A stretch of 64,000 nt of DNA. Source: Histomonas meleagridis 2922-C6/04-290x. Taxonomy: Eukaryota > Protista > Parabasalia. The stretch lies in assembly GCA_020184695.1 (NCBI GenBank), contig JAANOX010000248.1, positions 186,001 to 250,000 of the forward strand, given 5' to 3'. A model generated the notes under the pieces. That model was not told the origin of the DNA and made no database searches. It worked only from the letters and a program-made list of their open reading frames with translations. Shown piece by piece: positions 13,001 to 22,768 of the stretch (positions are counted from its first letter, which is position 1; every line of letters begins with the position of its first letter). A program made the translations under genes and the position numbers.

Positions 13001-13101
13001 TGTTCGATGATATGTTGGAGTGCGGAACGAATTTGGAAGGAACAATACAAACGATGAGGGGAATGGTGATGATGGCCGGCGAACTGATGATGCTGAATTA
13101 G
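10018..13101 (+). CDS. XRN1: 5'-3' exoribonuclease, Xrn1-like
   Basis: MGVPGFYRWL, YIDMNGI, AVDGPAPIAK..QQR.RR, NFTPGTEFM, PGEGEHKI, DADLIFLGL, GNDFIP; C-terminal SH3-like region (GSRV..VPFG.KG.VVGI). Start placed at MGVP (10018), not the track's 9910. Confidence 0.9.
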   Translation: MGVPGFYRWLVQRYPLVFRKMSDPSRPRFNNSYIDMNGIFYKSLEASHQIDDTMSKEFIGEVLRYLDMLVQITRPTDTLFIAVDGPAPIAKATQQRHRRYLATKKYTGHSFKSPNFTPGTEFMYQIHLALVDFIKTKTRTDSAWMRPKVIYSSCFVPGEGEHKILDFIRMRRSQPDWKPDQTHVLYSTDADLIFLGLQSHEPNFSLIRESDAPFVQKETEKYQMKSAKMKYGLEYFDLLHISMIRDYLSIDFKVTGEELEKTIDDFVALSFLIGNDFIPEFHSIEIQKGGFNIIADCYKKLKEESPTEHLVVEGTFNKSFLKNLIIAVSQHLEDCFIEAHKATKLNEAERHSLFSQTNEKYLLSKYPKRKNDIKSLIGDMSYKTLEAFYWVLQYYNSGCPSWRWKYPYLYTPPLPMIIPYIDSFEPHFEIGQPLSPFLQELLIIPPHFASLLPSPLQSLMFPPSKISCYYPKDFDLDYNGKKYEYQAVVLLPEINEDEVEEEYNKLYDALSPEELERNKFMKALEFFHDETEPKEIDVISKIIQPIIYTKQTPPCVPTLNNIKFETRTEVVPVICFEFPSKRDSIVIKPLINRKPPTDLQTLLNQKILFDWPYLKLGLIIGVIDNKGNQILIEGKEKHKFLPNFEELQKQFLTKYALDINEVNVLLEVLVYHSSTNDESLFTYSSRSVFIPFQLTLEVNQTNAIQRFTEDTNSENLKPKVGTEIIILGGTNDGSKGIITKVNNENTYDVKINKVLPIKIRNIITNDSKEWVSDDIITKLLSIPFHALRSIFTSIYISDEHVNIAIQLYTRNKKNVIKGYCKFEDNTFYYHKSIIELLKQYFKLSGKLKELLCKPEEKSKPQNLKGVSFKLGEIFGTTSKTYQLAKLNDLKQFLNDNAPASKSILCSVKEKHFSYSTLLNIEKTIINSPKIIKEIELNDVNESKMLWPGKQSNENRTVTIPPIGSRVIAIASSGSVPFGSKGVVVGICKDERVEVLFDDMLECGTNLEGTIQTMRGMVMMAGELMMLN

Positions 13102-13801
13102 TATGCGTTGTTTTTTTATGGTACAAATTACGTTATTTGTATATATTAAAACAATTTAAAAATAATTTTTTATGTGATTTATCATTGTTTAATATTTAAA
13201 ATGTTTTGGTTTTCATTCTTTGAAAGTTCATCATAATTGCTGATGATTTTATCTTGATTTTAATGTTTTAAATTATGAATTTTTCACTTGACGTGTAATT
13301 ATGGAATATTTTCATTGATTAATAAAATTTTAAAGAAGATGCATTTGCATTGACTCTTGCGTGCTTTGCTGAATAAGAAGTTATTGTTATTAATTTTTTT
13401 ATTTCAAACAACAAAAAATGTACAAATCATTTCACTAAATATGAGGTAAATTTTTATTGATATTGTTTATTATCAATTGTGATGAATGAGAAATATTTTT
13501 ATTGTTTCATTAAAAAAACAATTTGCTTTATCAGCACTACCAACTTTTTTATTCAGTTTTTTCATCTGATATCAAATTTCATATTAAAAAATAAATTTAT
13601 TTGTTACAAAAATTATCTTTAATCAGACAGCGTAAGGTGATTTCACGCGATGATGACTTTCATATGTTATAAACAAGTGAATGGCATATTTAAAATATTT
13701 GGATTATATGAATTTTACAATTTATGTTTGATTTCAAAAAATATAAAAAACTTAATATAATTCTATTTACAAAATTCCGACTTTAAAAACATTCCAGCAA
13801 A

Positions 13802-14938
13802 TCATTCTCCGTTGTCATCATCGTTTAGCTCGTCATAAGTAAATGTCTGTTCGTTATTAACATTTACATTTTCCTCTTGTTCGTTATTATCAACAATTAT
13901 TTCTCTTTTTTCTTCTTCATTCTTTTTGCGTTCTGCTTCCTTTAACATTTCATCGAGATCATATCTACATATTGGACATTTCATTTGTTGCATTGTCCAT
14001 CTTTCGAGACAATCAGTATGTAAGCAATGTCCGCAAGGTAACTTTTTAGAGTCATTTTCAGTCATTTCAAGCCTACAAATAATGCATGTGTTATCATGCT
14101 CAATATCAGCAGAATTTGCACTAGGAAGATAGTCGTTAAACAACGATTGCATCCTCTTCCAATCGTTGAACTTTTTGAATGACTCTCTCAATTTGTTAAC
14201 GTTGTCCAAAATGTTTTTGGAAAGAACAAAAAATGTGAAAGAGCCAAGCCCTAATGAAATGGCTCTTCTAGCTTCAAGGGCAAGGAAAATAACTCGAAGT
14301 ATACAATTGGTAGATTCTGATATAATTTGTGATACAAATATTAGTCGATAAGAACTTTGTGAGTTACCAACATTCTCACGGTCGTAAAGTACAATAAAAT
14401 GAGAAAAAATCCCTTGAAGTGTTTCAACAAAAATAGTTGAATAATGCATATGGAAAAACGTAGAATTGTACTTGAAAAAGAAATAAATAGAAAGAAGGGA
14501 CATGGTTAGTTGTCCATACATAATTCGTATGTGTTGCTTAGGTGAAGGAAGAGAAATTGATGAATATAAATCTTCAACTTTTTTCTGTATTATCATATGA
14601 ATAAAAAGAAAATAGAAAGCAAAAAGATGTTCCGCTAGATAATTGTTACCATCAATTAGGTAAAAGAAATAGAATAAAATGTTGGATACTCTTTCAGATG
14701 CAACCTTGATTGCTAAACTTGAGACATCTCCGACAGAGAACTTAAGTAGGCACAAGGATATCGAAAGTAATATCCAAAAAAGAAAATTACTGAAAATCAA
14801 ATGATGAAAATTATCTTCAAAAAATGAAATGAACATGTCATAAAAAGATTTTGTAGAGATCCATAATTTAGATGCCGAAAACATCATTATTGATATTGTA
14901 AGTATGGTGTAAATTTCGTAGTATTTCCTTAACAACAT
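13802..14938 (-). CDS. Membrane-bound RING-H2 E3 ubiquitin ligase (Hrd1/gp78-like)
   Basis: Several hydrophobic segments followed by CIICRLEM..KKLPCGHCLHTDCLERW..CPICR. Confidence 0.75.
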   Translation of the reverse strand: MLLRKYYEIYTILTISIMMFSASKLWISTKSFYDMFISFFEDNFHHLIFSNFLFWILLSISLCLLKFSVGDVSSLAIKVASERVSNILFYFFYLIDGNNYLAEHLFAFYFLFIHMIIQKKVEDLYSSISLPSPKQHIRIMYGQLTMSLLSIYFFFKYNSTFFHMHYSTIFVETLQGIFSHFIVLYDRENVGNSQSSYRLIFVSQIISESTNCILRVIFLALEARRAISLGLGSFTFFVLSKNILDNVNKLRESFKKFNDWKRMQSLFNDYLPSANSADIEHDNTCIICRLEMTENDSKKLPCGHCLHTDCLERWTMQQMKCPICRYDLDEMLKEAERKKNEEEKREIIVDNNEQEENVNVNNEQTFTYDELNDDDNGE

Positions 14939-15154
14939 TTGGTCAGCAGTTTTTGTTTCAATCCTTTACAAATTTTTAAACGGTTTGACCAAATTTCGAA
15001 AAAAATCCGAAACTTGATTCAACTTTTATTTAACCAGAAATCTGGATGATTTTTGGAAGACATTAGCACATAGTTGTTTTGTAATTTGTAATACAAATTC
15101 ATAAAGATTCCATAAAAGATTAAAAAAGAATTTCCCATTAAAGTTTTAATTTAT

Positions 15155-15343
15155 TTACTGGCTTTGTGAGTTTGGACCAACCTTACGCTTAGCATCTGGG
15201 TTAGCTGAAAGGAAATACTTATTATAATGTTTGCGAGTTGCTGCACGACCGCGAAGTGGCTTTGGCTTTTCCATCTTTGGAACCTTTGGTGTGTTAGAAC
15301 GAACCTTACCTGCTTGAGCGAGAGAACCGTGAACCTTTCCCAT
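15155..15343 (-). CDS. RPS30: 40S ribosomal protein S30 (eS30)
   Basis: MGKVHGSLAQAGKVRSNTPKV..RGRA..R..YNK; start at 15343. Confidence 0.95.
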   Translation of the reverse strand: MGKVHGSLAQAGKVRSNTPKVPKMEKPKPLRGRAATRKHYNKYFLSANPDAKRKVGPNSQSQ

Positions 15344-15364
15344 TTTTAAAAAGGCCAAACATTT

Positions 15365-15372
15365 AAACGGTT
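15365..15372. promoter_or_regulatory. Myb-type (M3-like) motif AAACGGTT in the 95-bp divergent RPS30/AC19 promoter
   Basis: A (A/G)CGGT(T) core recurs near other gene starts (about 14978, 19133, 29173, 33435, 43950, 60050); resembles the trichomonad M3 core-promoter element. Confidence 0.5.
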
Positions 15373-15438
15373 TTCATATATTTCAAATCACATTTCTTAC
15401 TCATAAACAAAAAAGTGTCAGTAAACGTTTTCTTTAAT

Positions 15439-15759
15439 ATGGTAGAGCCAAGTACTTGCACAATTACTTTTGATAATGAAAATGATCCATCAAGTGGATC
15501 ATTCTTTTTCACCAGTGAAACACACACAATGGGAAATGCAATTCGTCAAACCTTGATTCCAAATGAAAGTGTTGATTTTTGCTCATATTCTGTTCCACAC
15601 CCAGCCGAAAGCAAAATGCGTCTTAGAATACAAGCAAAAGAAGGAGAAAATATCATAGATATTTTAGATGGGGCTTTAAACGATTTTTCAACTTGGTGTA
15701 ATAATACAGAAAATATTTTCGAAGCTGCAATGAATGAGTACTTAAGCCAAAATATGTAA
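15439..15759 (+). CDS. RPAC2: RNA polymerase I/III subunit AC19 (Rpb11 family)
   Basis: ETHTMGNAIR..V.FCSYSVPHPAESKMRLRIQ; ATG at 15439. Confidence 0.8.
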   Translation: MVEPSTCTITFDNENDPSSGSFFFTSETHTMGNAIRQTLIPNESVDFCSYSVPHPAESKMRLRIQAKEGENIIDILDGALNDFSTWCNNTENIFEAAMNEYLSQNM

Positions 15760-16012
15760 ATGTTATTTTCTTCACGTGTTTCTAACAATTTTAGTAAATA
15801 TTTCCTTCTTTGTTCTAAAACAATAACAATATTTTCTGATAGTTGAATCATAAAAATTATTTTTTTGCATTAAAATTAATCAAATCTGCATAAGGATAAG
15901 CAAATTAAGAATTTTTTTCTTCATATAAAATTAACGTACAATTGTTCAAAATTGAACATTAACGACACATAACCGGTAAAATGCATTCAAATAAAAGTAC
16001 GATACAAACAGT

Positions 16013-17545
16013 TTACTTTTTCTCATTTTTCATTTTTTCGATGATCTCCAACTTTCTCTTCAGTAAAAACTCTATTTCATCACTTACAATTTTTTGTGTA
16101 TAATTAACTCCATCAAGGTCAAAATTTTGTGAAGAATTTTCACAAAATTTATTTCTTAATTCGAACAATTTTTCGATTTTTTTGTTGCAATTCTTCAGTT
16201 CGTCAATGGAATCATTCACTTCGCCAATTCCAAGAAATTCTTTACGTAATTTTGTTAATTGTTTTCTTAATTTCTTGTTTTCCTCGATAGCTGAAGTTTT
16301 TTCTTTTTTGTTTTCTTCATTTGAAAACATTTTTTGTTCGAAACTTTTAAGAAGTTTAATTTCGTGTTGCAATAAATAACTTGAAGATATTGGCGTGCTT
16401 AAGTCGTTCGAACTTTTGTTTATCAGTTCGATGAAATTTATGTTTTCGATATCCTTTTTCATATCATTATAAAATTTGGTCAAATGTTCTTTGTTGTTCT
16501 TTTTTAAGTTATGTAACTCATCTAAAAACAATGATATGGAGCTAACATCTTCAAATAATTGATGCAATCTTTGTAAACGCAATTCAATTTCAGAAAGAAT
16601 TTGATTATTTTCAGATGTTTTAGATGTTGTAAGCTTTGTGGTTCCTGCCTTTTTAATTTGTCTAACTTTTTTTGGAGTGGTCATATCGACCTTTGATAGA
16701 GATGTAGTTTTACTTTTTGGTGAATCTGTTGGAAGTACTGATTTATTAACGGTTTTGGGGTGCTCCTTTGACTTGTTATGTGAAATAAATGATGACTTTG
16801 GGCTGTTAACGATGGGCATTTTAGGAATACTGCCAAGAAATAACTCATGAACACTACGTGGAGATGGTGGTTGGCTTTTTGCATCATTGTAATTTGACAT
16901 GCTAAACTTTTTTTGAATTCTTTTAAGAAATATATCAAAGTTAACAACTACATCAGGAATTGTAACTTTGATGGGACTTTGATAGCTGCTAGGAAGTCCT
17001 CGAAGTATACTTTCAATGTTACGTGTGATTGAAGTAATTTTGTTTGTTTTTTGTTGTCGTTCCATTTGTGAAAGTTTAAAAAGATCATCAGATTGAAGTG
17101 ATATTCTTGTTTTAAGAGATTGTAATTTCTTTTTTGCTATTTCATATGATTTTTGCTGAATTTTAATTTCAATGGAATCAATTAATGACATTAATTTTTC
17201 AGCACTCGCATTCATTTTTCTTTGTGTAGGAATGGAATTTGGTGCACATCTTAAGAAATCTTTGAGAAAAATTCTAATTTGTTCTAAAGAATTAGTAGGA
17301 AGAGGTTTGTTTTGCAAAATTTTTGGATGAGTTACCACACAGCTTTGAACTGTAGACATAATTTTATTCCATTGTATTACAAATAAAGAAAGTTCAAAAC
17401 TAATTGGATTCAATGCTTTTCTCAGTTCTTGTAGCATTCCTAAAATTTGGACGCCATTGGGAATTAGTGCTGTATTTTTTTGGTAATAATTAATTACAAT
17501 TGTTAGATTGTCTGATATTTTTTGGATGGATTCTTCTTTCTCCAT
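16013..17545 (-). CDS. Hypothetical coiled-coil protein with S/T/P-rich centre
   Basis: 510-aa ORF; no family recognised. Confidence 0.7.
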   Translation of the reverse strand: MEKEESIQKISDNLTIVINYYQKNTALIPNGVQILGMLQELRKALNPISFELSLFVIQWNKIMSTVQSCVVTHPKILQNKPLPTNSLEQIRIFLKDFLRCAPNSIPTQRKMNASAEKLMSLIDSIEIKIQQKSYEIAKKKLQSLKTRISLQSDDLFKLSQMERQQKTNKITSITRNIESILRGLPSSYQSPIKVTIPDVVVNFDIFLKRIQKKFSMSNYNDAKSQPPSPRSVHELFLGSIPKMPIVNSPKSSFISHNKSKEHPKTVNKSVLPTDSPKSKTTSLSKVDMTTPKKVRQIKKAGTTKLTTSKTSENNQILSEIELRLQRLHQLFEDVSSISLFLDELHNLKKNNKEHLTKFYNDMKKDIENINFIELINKSSNDLSTPISSSYLLQHEIKLLKSFEQKMFSNEENKKEKTSAIEENKKLRKQLTKLRKEFLGIGEVNDSIDELKNCNKKIEKLFELRNKFCENSSQNFDLDGVNYTQKIVSDEIEFLLKRKLEIIEKMKNEKK

Positions 17546-17827
17546 TTTTGAGAAAAAAGTGTTAACGAGAACGTTTATTAACGATCTGAAAAAACCAAAG
17601 ACAAAGATTTGAAATCTCTTGGAAAAAAAACATTTTAATTAAGCAAAAATAGCTTTGTTGAATCCTTCATATGGTTATATACAATGATAACCTAACAAAT
17701 AAAGGAATCATTTTCATGTGCACATTGAGAATTTTTATTTAAGATGCATTTTTTACAATATGCGATTACATTAATTTCAACAATAATATGTTTTTTTAGA
17801 GCATATATTCATTAAAAGTCGATTTTA

Positions 17828-19132
17828 TTAAATGAAATGAACTATCATCACAACCAGTAACAGAATCACACCCAATACCATCAGTCCTTGCTTAGGGTCG
17901 TCTTGAACAATATGTTTAATATTTTCAACATTAACCATATTTTTAATTGCTTCCACATTGACCATACTTTCGAATTTTTGTTTCTTAATTGGCTCATCGA
18001 TTACATCAGGTGCTTCAACTTCTTTTTGATATAAGTCACCTACTGTCATTCCTGGTTGTAATGTTATAACAAATGATTGATACCCTTTAGTTGTATCGTT
18101 CTTTAAGTTATCGGTTGATACATTGGATGTATCGGCCTCTGGGGTGCCCTCAGTCTTGAAAAGTGACTCGAAAACGGCCTCTCTATCGTACTTATCGGCC
18201 TTTAAAATAAACGGGTGCTGAAGCAGCTCGGGAATTTTTGCTCGAGCTTGTGGATCAATAATCATGCATTGGCGGATGAAGTCTTGGAACTCTTTAGATA
18301 TTTTATGACCTTGGCGGAAGCCTGGGAAACCTTTTGTTGCAATTTCGACCATTGCTCGCATTGCAGGAAATTCACAATATGGTGGAGCGCCTTCAATAAG
18401 CTCAATAGCAGTAGCGCCAATGCTCCACACATCGGCGGGGTATGAATATTTCATTCCGTTGATAACTTCGGGGGCCATCCAATATGGAGTACCAACAATT
18501 GAACATGTTTGGAAGGTCTTTTCAATATCAAATTGTCTGGAAACACCAAAGTCAGCAATACGAACTTCACCTTTAGAAGTAAGTAAAATATTACCGGCTT
18601 TGATATCTCGATGAACAATGTGGTATTTTTCGTGTAAGAACATAAGAGCCATGAGTGAATCATGGAGGACAACTGAAATTTGGGGTTCTGTTAATGGCTT
18701 TTTCTTTTTATCGATAATATCTCGAAGACTGCCTGCATCACAATACTCCATTAAAATGGTTAATGACTTCTCGAAAATGAATGAACCAAAGTACTTAACT
18801 GTATATGGTGTTGAAATTTGTCTCATAAGGTCAATTTCTTGTTTAAGTGAATCAAGTGATGACCTATTAAGAAGTTTTGGATTAATCATCTTTGCGGCAA
18901 GAATTGTGCCTGATGGGATATGTTTAAGAGTGCATACTGTTCCAAAACCACCTTCACCAATAACTTTTTCTTTTTGGAAAACATCTGTTGGATTAACTGA
19001 TTCATCAAAAGTCCAGTTGAGGTCTCTTCCAATATGAACGAGATGTTTAACCTCAGTTGGCCCTGAAATGTGTAATTCTTCCTCGGTCATCAGAGAAAAT
19101 GTCATAAACGGTCTCCGCTTATAGAAAAACAA
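17828..19132 (-). CDS. STE20-family Ser/Thr kinase with N-terminal CRIB-like motif and C-terminal hydrophobic tail
   Basis: ISGPTEVKHLVHIG; IGEGGFGTV, HRDIKAGNILL, ADFGVS, GTPYWMAPE; tail GLMVLGVILLLVVMIVHFI. True start probably 19105 or 19090. Confidence 0.85.
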   Translation of the reverse strand: MFFYKRRPFMTFSLMTEEELHISGPTEVKHLVHIGRDLNWTFDESVNPTDVFQKEKVIGEGGFGTVCTLKHIPSGTILAAKMINPKLLNRSSLDSLKQEIDLMRQISTPYTVKYFGSFIFEKSLTILMEYCDAGSLRDIIDKKKKPLTEPQISVVLHDSLMALMFLHEKYHIVHRDIKAGNILLTSKGEVRIADFGVSRQFDIEKTFQTCSIVGTPYWMAPEVINGMKYSYPADVWSIGATAIELIEGAPPYCEFPAMRAMVEIATKGFPGFRQGHKISKEFQDFIRQCMIIDPQARAKIPELLQHPFILKADKYDREAVFESLFKTEGTPEADTSNVSTDNLKNDTTKGYQSFVITLQPGMTVGDLYQKEVEAPDVIDEPIKKQKFESMVNVEAIKNMVNVENIKHIVQDDPKQGLMVLGVILLLVVMIVHFI

Positions 19133-19400
19133 AACGGTTTATGATGTTAAAATAAACCGATGGTTGATAAGAATTTGCCTCACTTTGATTGAAGCATAAA
19201 AATTCGCTATGATGAATAAGTTTAAACAAAAAAATTATTAGTAAAGTTTAAAAGGATCGTTAATATTTTAAAGATGAAATTCATAAAATAAATTGAGTAT
19301 GTCTCTTAAAATAATTGTCTTTAGGAATTAGGGTGCCCCTAATGAGAATGAGTTATCACTTTTTTGTTGGACTTTTTTATTATATTTGATTAAAAGTTCT

Positions 19401-22328
19401 ATGGAAAAATCAAGCAATATGCAAATGCTGTATATGCTTGAGAATATATTGTTAAATATAAATAAAGAAAATATAGAATCTTCAATTGAAAAAACCATTC
19501 TTTTATTTGATAAAAATTATCCTTCATCTTTTAATAACATTATATGTTTATTAATTTTTTCATTATTTTCTTCACGAAAACAAGAAGCAGATATATATCT
19601 AAATTATTTACAATTATTAAATAACAAAGAAAAAGAAATTAATCCCAAAAATAATATCATTGATTTATTTTGTGAATTTATATGTAAAAAGAAAAAACAA
19701 GAATCATTTTATTTATTAGAAAAGATGATAAAACAACATATGGTTGATTCAAGTGTAACTGAAAATTTTACTTCTAAATATTTTGCACATTACAAAACTA
19801 AAAAAATTGGGAGTAAAATGTATTATGGCGATCCATTTTGTAGTGACTTTTTATATAACATTGAGAAACTTTCTGAAAATAATTGGGAACTACATTTAAA
19901 ATATATAAATGAAGGAGGTAATCTGTTAGAAATAACAAAAGTAATTCGTAATGATGATATTGGAAAATTACAAGAAATATCATCACAAGAAAACTTTGAT
20001 TTTGATCAAAAGATTAAACCATCACTATATGAAAAATTTTCTTTTATTAACAAAGAAGGTATATCATTAATTGATTATGCAGCTTTTTTTGTCTCAATAA
20101 AATGTTTTAAATATTTAATGTTAAATAATTGTAATCTTTATAATACAAGTAAATATGCAGTTGCAGGTGGAAATTTAGAAATAATTAAACTTTGTGAACA
20201 AAAGGATATTTCATTTAGTGGTGCATTTAAAACAGCAATTAAATTCCATAAAAATGATATATTTCATTATCTATATGAAAATATGTTTAATAAAATTAGT
20301 GATGAATTTGTTCCAATAAAAGTTCATAAGATATTAAATCGATTAAAATTTTCTTTAAATGATAAAATATTAAATTTTTTAGGTAAACTTTGTATTAAAA
20401 GTAATAACTATGAAATTCTTTCATTTTTAGAAAAAGAAGGAATGAAAGTTACTGCTTATGTTATTAATAAAGCTGCAAAAGTAGGGAATTTATTCCTGAC
20501 TAAATACTTTTTTGAGAAATATCATGTTCCAAAAAATATCTTAGCTGATGCTACACAATCAGAAAATATAGAAATTATTAATTATATTCTTAAACAAGAT
20601 GGAATCCTTGTTAATGCTAAAAGTTTTTCTTCATTTATTTTGATATTTATTTATATGTTTTTAATGTTTTAATATATATTTTGATGTTATTTTTTATTAT
20701 TTGATGTTTCACTTGTTTATGCAACTGAAGTTGGTAATATAGAAATCGTGAAAATTTTATTGAATTTACCTGATATTAATGTAAATACTAGAGGTAAGAT
20801 TTTTTTAGATAATTTAATATTTTATATTTCTACTTGGTGTTTATTTTAATATATTAAAGCAGCACTTATTTTTGCAACATTGAATAACAATATTGAAATT
20901 ACTAAATTACTTTTAAATCATAAAGATATAGATGTTAATAAAAAACATATTAATCTCAATTATTTATGATTTCATCAATTTGTATAATGTTTTTTTAAAT
21001 GCTTTAAAACTCCATTATTTTTTGCAATCCAACATAATTATCCAGAAATTTTTAATTTACTTCTGAATCACAACAAAATTGATTTAAATATAACCGGTAT
21101 TATATTAATTTTTTTGAAGTTTGTTTAAACTATTTAATGTTTTAGAATAATATTTAGAATTTATTTCATCTTTTTAGAACAGTTCTTATAGAAGCATGTA
21201 GAAAATCTCGTGAAGAAATGGTTAAATTACTTCTTGAACGAAAAGAAACCGATATAAACGTAAATGCAAGAGATGTTAATTAATTTTTATTAAATTTAAA
21301 TATAACATTTTGATATTTCATAAATATATTTGGAAATTCTTCAAATTATATTATACAGCACTTATGCATGCAATTAATGGAAGTTATGTAAAAATAATAA
21401 AATTACTTCTTCAAGTCGAAGGAATTGATGTTAATGTTAAAAATATTTTTTTGTTATATATAAAATTTGTTTATTTGTTTAATATTTTTTAGTTTTATAT
21501 GGAAATCAATCAAATTATTTTCAACAGCACTTATTTTAGCAGTTGAAAGAGGTTGTCTTAATATAGTTAAGTTACTTCTTGAGAAAAATGGAATTGATGT
21601 TAATATTAAAAATATTTTTATTGTTTTATTTGTTATTTATTTAACCTATATAAAATTTCAAAATAAAATTTGCTAATTATCTAAATTATTTAAATCAGCC
21701 ATAACTATAGCAATTGAACAGAAAAATTTAAATATATTTAAAGTACTTCTTGATCATAAAGGAATTGATATTAATTCTACAGATATTTTTTTGTATTATT
21801 TAAAGTATTTTATAATAATTTAAAATCTCAAAATAAAATTTGGAGTTTCTCCAAATATTTTAATACATTACTTATGATAGCAGTCAAAAAAGGTACTACT
21901 GATTTTGTTAAATTAATTCTTTTGAAAAATTATAAAGATATTAATAAGACAAATGTTTATTTGTTTCGTTTAATGTTAACATTAACATATTTCATGTTAC
22001 AAAAAATTATTTGGGAATTATTTTAAACATTTAAAACAGCACTTATGAAAGCAGTTTCAATTGGTAACAAAGAAATTGTGGAGTTACTTCTTGATCAAAA
22101 AGGAATTGATTCAAATATTGTGGCAGTTGTTTCACTGTATCTTGTGTTGATTTTATTATTATAATATTTCAAAATATTATTTGGAATATATTTAAATCAT
22201 TCGACACAGCGTTTTCTATTGCAGCTTCAAAATCTGCTCTGTTTATTTTGGGATTACTTATAAAAAGAAATGAAGGAAATGAAAAAACGTCAAATTTTAC
22301 AAGAGCATGTTTGGTTATACCAAAATAG
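19401..22328 (+). CDS. Segmented DUF3447/ankyrin gene (locus C): ORF 19401-20672 plus 10 spacer-separated ankyrin units
   Basis: DUF3447 motifs. Units DVSLVYAT, KAALIFAT, KTPLFFAI, RTVLIEAC, YTALMHAI, STALILAV, KSAITIAI, NTLLMIAV, KTALMKAV, DTAFSIAA..IPK* (stop 22326-22328). Confidence 0.8.
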
Positions 22329-22768
22329 TTTAGACTCAACATTTTTCATAAAAATACTATTTATTCCAAATATTAAGTGATTTTAATTTTTATTCTAACA
22401 TATTTTTAGATAGCACAACAGCTTGTATTCGAATTTAAATTGCGATCGCTATCATATCAATTTACTGTATTATTTTTCGGGGGTATGTACAATTCCTCTT
22501 ATTTCCAATTTTTTTCTATTCAATTGTTAATTAAAGTTTTAACATGAAAGAATTGCTTGATTGCATTTTGGTGCAATTTTTATTTATTATAAACTTTCCT
22601 TAATTTATAACATATATGTCCGTTTATGCAGAACTTAGACTTTGAGTAATTTTTTCCTTTTATTACATTTGTGGAAACTGTGGCACTTTTTATCCGTAAA
22701 AAATAAGGTGTGTGGGGAATCGAACCTGAGGCGCTATTAAATTTTTGTTTTGCTCGACCAAAATTTAA

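Noticed and set aside
13140-13800. Long AT-rich intergenic stretch with a TGATGA (box C-like) near 13650
   Set aside because: No matching box D or terminal stem; similar stretches at 33900-34900 and 42000-42880 also showed no interpretable structure.
22705-22765. tRNA-like B-box (GGTTCGATTCC) and A-box-like TGGTCGAG on the minus strand
   Set aside because: The T-stem does not pair, box spacing is too short and no cloverleaf forms; at most a remnant.
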